In this document: one piece after another, positions 56,144 to 64,000 of the stretch
Layout: every line of letters begins with the position of its first letter
How positions within the stretch are numbered: position 1 is the first letter of the stretch
From: PVC group bacterium
GTDB taxonomy: Bacteria; Auribacterota; Erginobacteria; Erginobacterales; Erginobacteraceae
Assembly (NCBI GenBank): GCA_043804695.1
Contig: JAZDIV010000033.1
Coordinates: 10,698-74,697, forward strand
Direction of reading: 5' to 3'
Length of the DNA stretch: 64,000 nucleotides
Made by a program: the position numbers and the translations under genes
The notes under the pieces: model-generated
What the model was told of the DNA's origin: nothing
What the model saw: the letters and a program-made list of their open reading frames with translations, nothing else
Databases searched by the model: none

Positions 56144-58741
56144 ATGAAGAATCGGGTTCCCGGAACACGGATCTTCCTCGCCTGCCTCCTGCTCGCGGCC
56201 TTTCTCATCCGTTTCTGGGGTGTCGCCTTCGACAACCCCGAGGATCCGGCCAACCCCGACGCCGGGTTCTACCTCCGGTTCGCCGACTGCTTTTACCGGG
56301 GCCACCTCGATCCCCACTTCGCCGCCACCAAGTACCACGGCCTTCTTTACCCCTACTTCTCCCTCTACCTGATGGCGTTCGCGGGACGGATTTTTATTTT
56401 CTTCAAGTATATCTGGTGCCTCCTGGCCTGGATGGCCGCCGGGCGGACGGTACCGTCACCGGTCCCCTTCTCCCCGGCGGAGCGCGTCCTGGTCTTCCGG
56501 ACTTTTCAGGTGCTGCTCTCGGTCGGGCTGGTTTACCTGGTTTACCGGCTGGGGAAGCTGCTCTGGGGCGAGCGGGAGGGGATGATCGGGGCGGCGCTGG
56601 CTGCCTTCGCGCCGCAGCTGGTCAACCACTCGCGTGTCATCCAGTGCGATGTCACGCTCGCTTTTTTCACCACGCTCACGGTGCTCTTCAGTGTGCGGCT
56701 GGCCCGCGAGGGCAGGCTCCGGTGGTACCTGCTGGCCGGACTGACGGCGGGGATGGCGGTCGGGGCCAAGCATAACGGGATCCTGGTCCTGATGGCTCCC
56801 CTGGCCGCCCATTTCTTCGGAAGCAAACCCCCGGGGCTCAGGTCATGGTGGAGAGGCCCGCTCCTCATCCTCCCCGCTTTCCTGGCCGGCCTTTTCATCT
56901 CTTACCCGGTCGTCTGGCTGGAGCCCCGGCTCTTTTTCCGGCGGCTGCCCGAGTACCGGACATACCTGAAGTCGTTCGACCCGGCGCCGGGGACGTTCTG
57001 GGAACAGCGCTGGTTCAACCTGCTTAATTTCGGTTACAGAATAGGGTCCCAGCTCTACGGGATGGGGCCGGGGATTTTCCTGCTCGGGGGCGCCGGGGCG
57101 GTCCTCACGTTTCTCTCCGGGAGAGCGGAGCGGCGGATCCCGGCCATCTTCGCCCTTGTTTACTGCATCCTCGTGCTCTTTTTCCGGCAGAGTGTCCGCC
57201 CCAAGGACCTTCTCCCGGCCAGCCTCCTTCTCTGCCCGCTGGCCGCCTCCTTTATCACCTGGTGCGTCGACCGGCTGCGAATCCGTCCCTCCCTGCGCGG
57301 GATCATCGCGGCGACAGCGACCGTCCTCGTCATCGTTCCGTCCCTCCGGTCCGACGTGATCGTCGCCTACTTCGCCGCCGCCCCCGACACCCGTGACCTG
57401 GCCGCGGAGTGGATCGAAGAGAATATTCCCCCGGGGAGCTGGATCGCCAAGGAGCGCTACGGCCCCCCCATTTCCGACGGCCGGTACCGGCTGACGAAGA
57501 TTCCGTTCCTCTGCTACCGCCCGCTCTCCCGGTACCGGCAGCCCGGAGTGGATTTCCTGGTGGCCAACAGCGGCGCCTACCAGCGGTTTTTCGATCCCTT
57601 CGATCCCTGCCGGGATGAGAACGCCCGGCGATTTTACCGGTCCCTGGACCGGGGCGGGGCTCTCCAAAAAAGTTTCTTCACCGTAAACTACGCCTTCATC
57701 AACCCGCTCATCCGAATCTACAATTTGAAGCGGGAGGATGCCTCCTGGTCCCGGAAAAAACTGCTGCTGCGGGACCTGGACTTCGCCTACTCCGACTCCT
57801 CCCCTCGGATCATCATCCTGGAAGATGATCTCGATTACGAGGGAAAGAGCGGGTTCCTGCTTCTCCCCGGAGAGGCGGCCGAGCGCCTGATCGTCTCCTC
57901 CCGGCCGGTGCCCCGGATCGGCGTCCAGATCTTCCCGGGCCGGGTACCGGCCCGGGTGAAGGCGAAGGTCGGTCTGCAGAAACAGAGTCTCACCCTCACC
58001 TCCCCCGGACCGGTCATCCTCCGCTTTTCACCCCGGATTTCCTTCCCCTTCCTTCGTTACTGTTACCGGGTCCAGGTCAAGGCGCTGGGAGATTCCCCCC
58101 TCCTGGTCAAACTCCTTACCTCTCCCCGTCATCTGGAGGAGAAAAACGCGGCAGACACCGGGACCACCCGGCGGGAATTTTCCCGCCCGTCGGATGAGGG
58201 GGATTTCGACCTCTGGTTCGCCGACTTTTTCCGGGAGGATCCGCAGTGGTGGAGGGATAAGTACACCCGTTCTTTCGAAGCGGAACGGCTTGTCTCCCCG
58301 CCTCGGCCGCCGATCGCCGACGCTGAAGCGGCGGGCGGTTACGCCGTTCCCTGCATCGGCGAGGGCGAAATTACCGAATGCGTTTTCGGGGATGCCGGAC
58401 TGATGATCCCCCCCTCTTACTGGACGGCCGTCATCGACCTCAAGGCCGAAGGAGAAGGGGTCGGGGAAGCCATCGGGGAACTCGAGCTGGGTAAAACGAA
58501 CGGGGACGTCCTGGGCGCCCGGGCGTTGCGGGCGGCGGAATTGCCCCCCGGTCCCTGCTATGCCTCCATCCGCCTGCCGTTCCACAACAGCACCCTGGCC
58601 GGAGGGATCATCCTGACCATCCGGTCGGCGGCGGGAGCCCGTCTGCTCCTCGACCGGGTGGTATTTGTCCCGGATCTGGCTGCCTGGTTTCACTCTCTCG
58701 GCGATGACGGCGCCGCGCTCCCGAATCGGGGAGAAGAGTAG
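56144..58741 (+). CDS. GT-C (GT39-like) glycosyltransferase with large periplasmic C-terminus
   Basis: LIRFWGV, HFAATKYHGL, AGLTAGMAVGAKHNG, DTRDLAAEWIEENIPPG. Confidence 0.8.
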   Translation: MKNRVPGTRIFLACLLLAAFLIRFWGVAFDNPEDPANPDAGFYLRFADCFYRGHLDPHFAATKYHGLLYPYFSLYLMAFAGRIFIFFKYIWCLLAWMAAGRTVPSPVPFSPAERVLVFRTFQVLLSVGLVYLVYRLGKLLWGEREGMIGAALAAFAPQLVNHSRVIQCDVTLAFFTTLTVLFSVRLAREGRLRWYLLAGLTAGMAVGAKHNGILVLMAPLAAHFFGSKPPGLRSWWRGPLLILPAFLAGLFISYPVVWLEPRLFFRRLPEYRTYLKSFDPAPGTFWEQRWFNLLNFGYRIGSQLYGMGPGIFLLGGAGAVLTFLSGRAERRIPAIFALVYCILVLFFRQSVRPKDLLPASLLLCPLAASFITWCVDRLRIRPSLRGIIAATATVLVIVPSLRSDVIVAYFAAAPDTRDLAAEWIEENIPPGSWIAKERYGPPISDGRYRLTKIPFLCYRPLSRYRQPGVDFLVANSGAYQRFFDPFDPCRDENARRFYRSLDRGGALQKSFFTVNYAFINPLIRIYNLKREDASWSRKKLLLRDLDFAYSDSSPRIIILEDDLDYEGKSGFLLLPGEAAERLIVSSRPVPRIGVQIFPGRVPARVKAKVGLQKQSLTLTSPGPVILRFSPRISFPFLRYCYRVQVKALGDSPLLVKLLTSPRHLEEKNAADTGTTRREFSRPSDEGDFDLWFADFFREDPQWWRDKYTRSFEAERLVSPPRPPIADAEAAGGYAVPCIGEGEITECVFGDAGLMIPPSYWTAVIDLKAEGEGVGEAIGELELGKTNGDVLGARALRAAELPPGPCYASIRLPFHNSTLAGGIILTIRSAAGARLLLDRVVFVPDLAAWFHSLGDDGAALPNRGEE

Positions 58742-58800
58742 ATAACCACCCCGGCGTGCCGTGGGTGGCACTTGTTTCGTCGAGCTTCACTCGACGCCCT

Positions 58801-58929
58801 CAGAGGATATTTTTCTGGGGGTCATTGCGAGGAGTGAAGCGACGAAGCAATCTCGGGCAAAAATGACGAGATTGCTTCGCTCCTTTCAGTCGCTCGCAAT
58901 GACATTCTGCTTGCGAAATATAACCTCTT
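58801..58929. repeat. GTCATTGCGAG..GAAGCAATC..GATTGCTTC..CTCGCAATGAC palindrome inside AGAGG/CCTCT termini
   Basis: Homologous to 46491-46616. Confidence 0.75.
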
Positions 58930-59056
58930 CGGGCTATGTTTTCATTCCTCCACCCCGTTGGGTTGGAAGCGGCGAACCGGATTTCCGGTGAGCGGTTTCG
59001 GCCTGAAAGATCACAACCAGCAGTCCTTCCACCGGTAATCCGGGTTACGGGGCGGT

Positions 59057-59596
59057 TCAGGAACGGCCGGCCTTCCGGTTCCGCCGGGAGGCGATCAGTT
59101 GATCGAGATGGAAGACCTGGTAGAGGACGACCACCAGTATGGTGGTCGAGGAGAGGGGTTCGGCGAAGAATACCTGGAGGGCGTGGGGCATGCGCTCGAA
59201 GACGCCGGGGACGAAACCGGTTCCGAGCCCGAGGATGAGCGAGATCCCCACGGCGAAGACGATCATCCCCCGCATCAGCGGAAACCCGCCGGTCCATGCC
59301 GCCTGCATCGAAACCGACAGGTAGGATGGCCCGCAGACATTCGGGCAGAGGTAGCCGCTCCCGAGCCAGCGGGTGCGGCTGGCCTGGATGACGGAACCCA
59401 CCCCGGCGGCGATCATGGTCAGGGCGACCATCGAGCTTGACTCTTCCAGGGAGCCTCCCACCTCACGCACCAGCATGGCGGGAAAAGTGGCGGCGGTGAA
59501 GAGGAGCAGCATCTGCTGGAAGCTTAAAAGCAGCAGGTCCTTCCAGGGGGGAACATCGTTCAGGCCGTATATTATCTTTTGGTTATCTTTGGCCAT
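59057..59596 (-). pseudogene. NCS2 xanthine/uracil permease with in-frame internal deletion
   Basis: IYGLNDVPP...FQQM...GSGYL N-terminus joined directly to C-terminal VGISLILGL..; only 179 aa. Confidence 0.7.
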
Positions 59597-59612
59597 ATGA
59601 CAATTAAAAGAG

Positions 59613-60572
59613 TCATCTCATCCAGGCGGGGCGGGGCAGGGGAGAGATCGCCCCGACGATAACCTCTTCCCCGTCCATTGTTGCCCGGTGTCCGTAAATC
59701 CCTTCCTTGACCGGCTTGCTCCCCGCTTTCCCTTGCTTGAGGGTGATCACCCAGGCGGTTTGGGCGCTCTTCAGTTTATCGCTTAATTCCTTCATCGGTC
59801 GACGCCCGGTCAGATCCTGGTAGTCATAGAGGTTCCGCGGCGTCCCCAGGTAGAGACCGGGATCGATCAGGGCCTGCCCCTCGCTATCGATGACGAATAC
59901 TCCTTTGTCATGGATGGTAAACGGGCCGCCCGGGTCTTTCAGGACGGACAAACCCGCTTTCCCTTTCTCCTCCAGCAGTTCGGCCCCCTCGTCAACGACG
60001 ATCCGGTAGAACTCCCGTTCCTGGAGCGGGGCGTCGATCCCGCTCCCGACGAATACCCGGCGGCCGTCCGGCATGGCAACCCCGAAGTTGCATGATGACT
60101 TCCAGGCCCCGTCAAGAGAACCCGGCGGCACCCAGAGGTAGTGGCTCCAGCCGTGGGGATTAGGTGACCGGTGGTTCTCCAGCTGGTCGATGATCATCTG
60201 CGTAACCTTCTTGCCGTTCAGGTCGGTAAAATCAATCAGGTTCTCACCCGCGAGATGCGGGTAGCCGCCGTGGAAGAGGTTGACGCCGTCCAGGCCGTAG
60301 ATATAGAGGTAGGAGTTGCCTTCAAGCGACCACCTCTCCGGCTCTTGATTGAACTCCTTAAATGCTTCTTCCCCTCTTTCCTCGACCAAATCAGCCGCCC
60401 GGGCGGTCAGGTTGACCAGCCGCCGGGTATCCCGGTAGTCGTACATCCTCAGATCGGATGCGCGTTCCTTTTCGCGCAGTTGCGGGAGCTGCCAGACGGC
60501 GAAGAGGAGAATGCCTCCGGCTAACGCAGCCGGGATAAACCATCTTCTACGATATAGCTTGCCTTCTTTCAT
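59613..60572 (-). CDS. stand-alone Cache-domain sensor protein
   Basis: One TM; YLYIYGLDG...G.NLIDFTDLNGK...GW..Y.W; second Cache-like repeat. Confidence 0.75.
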   Translation of the reverse strand: MKEGKLYRRRWFIPAALAGGILLFAVWQLPQLREKERASDLRMYDYRDTRRLVNLTARAADLVEERGEEAFKEFNQEPERWSLEGNSYLYIYGLDGVNLFHGGYPHLAGENLIDFTDLNGKKVTQMIIDQLENHRSPNPHGWSHYLWVPPGSLDGAWKSSCNFGVAMPDGRRVFVGSGIDAPLQEREFYRIVVDEGAELLEEKGKAGLSVLKDPGGPFTIHDKGVFVIDSEGQALIDPGLYLGTPRNLYDYQDLTGRRPMKELSDKLKSAQTAWVITLKQGKAGSKPVKEGIYGHRATMDGEEVIVGAISPLPRPAWMR

Positions 60573-60576
60573 GGTA

Positions 60577-60737
60577 ATTCCGGGGTAATTCCGGGGACAT
60601 AATGAATATAGATTAGGCGCGAGAACCATTGACATCCCGCAGACACCATATGAAATTTTAAATAGATTTAAAAATCATATTTATTTAGTATCGTGTCCCC
60701 GGAATTTATATTATTTAGTACTGTATCCCCGGAATTC
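60577..60737. repeat. ATTCCGGGGAC / GTCCCCGGAAT inverted REP-like pairs around an AT-rich spacer
   Basis: Two copies on each arm. Confidence 0.7.
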
Positions 60738-60800
60738 AAGGTACAAGGTAGTATTTCTGGTGTCTTAAACAATCCGAGCTGCTATATTTTGAATTTAGCC

Positions 60801-62684
60801 ATGAGAGTCTTTGTTGCGATTATAATCTGCTTTTTTCTTCTTATTCCATCATTGACGAAAGGAAGTAACGATTCCTCTAAACTTCCCAATATAGTTATTA
60901 TTATTCTGGATGCTGCCCGTGCGGACCATTTTTCATCATACGGATACGGGAAGAAAACCACCCCATTGATGGACGCGATCGGACGGAAAGGAGCGGTCTT
61001 CCTCAATAACTTTGTGCAGGCCACGGAGACATACACCTCTCTCCCTCTCATTCTGAGTTCCCGGTACTTTTCCAATCCGATCTTCCAGATGGATACCTGG
61101 AGCTGGGGGATGCGGAGAGAAAATCAGCAAACTGTTTTCAAGCGGTTCGACGACCAACAGATACTCCTCCCGGCGTTCCTGTCAGCTTCCGGATATTGGA
61201 CCGCCATGTTTCATAATCACCCCTGGTTTGTCGATGAGACGGACTTGGTCAAGGCATTTGATGAATCATTTATCTTCCCGACGGATAGCAGGGATCCGGT
61301 CGATGGGAGGATGGTTGACGCGATTCTTTCCTGGATCGCAAAACACCGAGAGGACCGGTTCTTCATCTACTGTCATATCATGTCCCCTCACCAGCCGTAT
61401 CCGCCAAAAGACGCGGATCTCGATTTTATCCCCCGGGAAAAGCTGTCGGACTTGAACCGGGTTCGGGAGAAGTTTAACCGGTGCATGAGCGATAATTCTC
61501 TGGACTGGACTCCTGAGGAGCTTTCCTTGTATGGCGTCATGTACGACAGCAACTTGAAGCATACCGACGTCCAGGTCGGGAGGCTTTATAAGGAGATTGA
61601 GAAGCTCTGTCTGGCGGAGAAGACGATTTTTATCATCACCTCCGATCATGGGGAGCTTCTCGGCCAGCACGGCCGGCTCGCTCACGGTGATTTTCTGCCC
61701 TGGGACCCCTTGATCCACGTCCCGCTGATTATGATCTGGCCCGGTAAAATTCCGCCCACCGTCCGGTTAAAGGGTCTCACCGAATCGGTTGACATCTTTC
61801 CCACTATCGTGGATATCTGCGGGCTTGAGCTGCCGCCTGGGAAGGCCTTAGATGGGGTCAGTCTGAAAAGGCTCTTCAGAGCGCCGACCGCCGGCCGGGA
61901 GGCGGTCTACGCCAAGGGGGTCGTCCGTACCCCTAAATACAAGTTTTATGTCAACCGCGACCTTTTTTTTGAGATTCAAAAAGACCCGGGGGAAGAGATG
62001 AATATCTCCAACTCCAGACCCGCTCAGTTAAAAAAATAACTCCGGCATGATTATGATACATTCATGAAGCGCTATAAAGAGCGCTATCTCAAATCAGTCC
62101 GGCAGGAGACTCCGGAGTATCCATTTTATTTCCCGATCAGCGAGTTCATCGTGTCGCCTGCGAAGGCTTGCAAGAATATCGCAACGGAACAGTCGGCTCA
62201 GGAATTTCTCCGACAATACCCTCAATCTGCCTCTTGGCTACTTAATACCTCTGATCGGCAGGGGTATCTTATCTGTCTTTCGGAGAATGGGCCTCCGCCC
62301 CGCTTAACTCTTGCCTGCCGACTTCCGTCCGGGACATATCATATTTCTATTTTAATTTCACCGCTGATTAAATCGGACCCCATACCGGAAAAGGCCGATT
62401 TTAAAACTCGTATTGATGCCACCGGGCCATTTCTCCCACCAGACCGTATCAGACCGGTTTCGGCTTATGGGCCCGCGTATTACCTCGAGTACGAGCCAGC
62501 GATCGTGGTAGCGGGAGATTTTTCCATTGAGCTTCAATTCCGGCCTTCTGGTAAGAATTCCTATCTGGTGCTCCATGTCGCGTTCACGCCAGTCCACTCC
62601 CCGGAAAAGATCCTAGAGCCGGCAGACACGACCGCGGCCGAGAAGAGAAAGAATGACCTTCGCGCTTTAGGTTATATACAGTGA
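60801..62684 (+). pseudogene. sulfatase-family protein interrupted by an in-frame TAA at 62037-62039
   Basis: PNIVIIILDAARADH, HIMSPHQPY, TSDHGE, DPGE; the frame continues LRHDY.. into the 62064 ORF, which ends LRALGYIQ. Confidence 0.8.
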
Positions 62685-62734
62685 ACGGTCACCCAAACAA
62701 CGATCAGGGAAGAAGGTTTTTTTACTAATAAAAC

Positions 62735-63860
62735 TTATTTTAATATTTTAATAATATCATTCCCTTCAAATGGAGTTCCATCGATTAAATCACCAGTAAC
62801 CGTTAATGTCTCTTCGCTCACTTCGAGCAAAACTTGAATCTGTGATCTGTTGAATTTGACCATAAGATCCGGAACACCATCTCCATCGTAGTCTCCAACA
62901 CCCGAAGGACCCTCTACATAAATCGATGGATCAACTATGTCGCCACTGATCGCGGTTAGGGCAACAGTAGCAATATCAATCTCATCCACGGTATAATAAT
63001 CAGGAAGCTCTATATAACAAGTAATCCATCTGCCTTTGCTCTTCAAGTTGAGAGTATCCGGGTCAATATTAATCTCGCTTATTATAGTACATAAACTCCC
63101 TCTCCCTGGAGATAAACCATCTCCACACCAATTGCACGGATCTTGTGCAGGAGCCATCGGGTTTATTCTTTGGAGAGATGCTCCATACCCGGCAGCGTCA
63201 TATTTATGCCACTCGATTGTGTCGTTGTAAATTAGTCTTTCGACTGGCACACCATTTAGTGACAATAAAACTATATCACCACTATTATTAAGACCTTGGC
63301 CGATCGCGTTATCTTCTACCCTCAATCTGATTGCGTTGGGGTCAACGTAAAATGTCTCGTAAACTTCGGTAACTGTATCAGTGATTAGCGCATAGCCTCC
63401 AGGTGGAATTATGGTCGTGCCACCATCCTCATAAGCATAAAGCTTGTCATTATCTGCCCAATCTCCGATCAGTAGTCTGCTTGCATCCACTGGTTCTGAC
63501 CCATAGTTGTATAACTCTACATATTCATTATAATAATCACTACCCTGCCAGATTGCCGGATCATACATTATTTCATTTATGGTAACTTTTGGATATTCAA
63601 GTTTAAAATAAGGGCAACTTTCACCTTCAATGTTGTCCCAGATGAAGTCAAAATCCCAGTCGGCATCCGAAAATGTACTTTTGGTCATCATCTCTGCTGT
63701 TGTTTTTCCAGTCCCATATATACTCCACGTCTGGCCTGAGGTCTCAATATCCCAGAAAGAGTTAATACATGCCACTCCATCAGATTCAACTATCCCAATT
63801 AGACCGCCGACATTTGAACCACCACTTACATTTCCAATGGAATAGCAATTTAAAATTGTG
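62735..63860 (-). pseudogene. AT-rich surface-protein 3' fragment (GLUG, lamin-tail and PDTLNLKSKG domains)
   Basis: NCYSIGNVSGGSNVGGLIG, SFWDIETSGQ, INEIMYDP..EYVELYN; upstream in-frame stop and no signal peptide. Confidence 0.65.
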
Positions 63861-64000
63861 TAACACTTTAGCTCTTTAAAAAATCAGGCAGCTTGTTTGT
63901 GTCATTCCAGTGATGGTTTGCTTGCAATGATTTCATTTTCTGCTGCCTTCAGAACTGTTTCACACCGGATAAATGCCCTGAAGTTCGACTGATCGGAACA

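Noticed and set aside
62037..62039. Stop-codon recoding (Sec/Pyl or alternative code)
   Set aside because: The codon is TAA, which terminates many genes in this window; a point mutation or base-call error is simpler

Overview
GC-rich chromosomal window from a diderm, probably anaerobic bacterium. The repeat-protein repertoire suggests a PVC-related candidate lineage, but this is low-confidence inference. Recognisable modules: nitrosative-stress cluster (rrf2-cupin-hcp with divergent flavodiiron fprA), tamAB, dedA, sixA, a PHP histidinol-phosphatase, a CsoR-controlled CusCBA-type RND system, tupABC preceded by a Moco/Wco-type riboswitch, glycosyltransferases and sulfatases. Most notable: (1) a TetR gene preceded by 11 tandem (G/A)AC-N6-GTC boxes at an exact 18-bp period, heading a SpeD-like + GNAT + ATP-grasp + PLP-decarboxylase operon (orphan biosynthetic cluster); (2) secreted proteins sharing a 40-aa FG-GAP-like repeat, present as exactly 6 C-terminal copies on four different cargo domains but exactly 2 N-terminal copies on two fibre-like proteins, suggesting a 6-blade docking propeller built in cis or by trimerisation; (3) several nested non-coding mobile or palindromic repeat families, including a TIR-less family with constant ends and swappable bodies; (4) several genes broken by internal deletion, frameshift or nonsense change. 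No rRNA, tRNA, CRISPR array or intact transposase was recognised. All functional calls come from motif recognition by eye; no searches were run.
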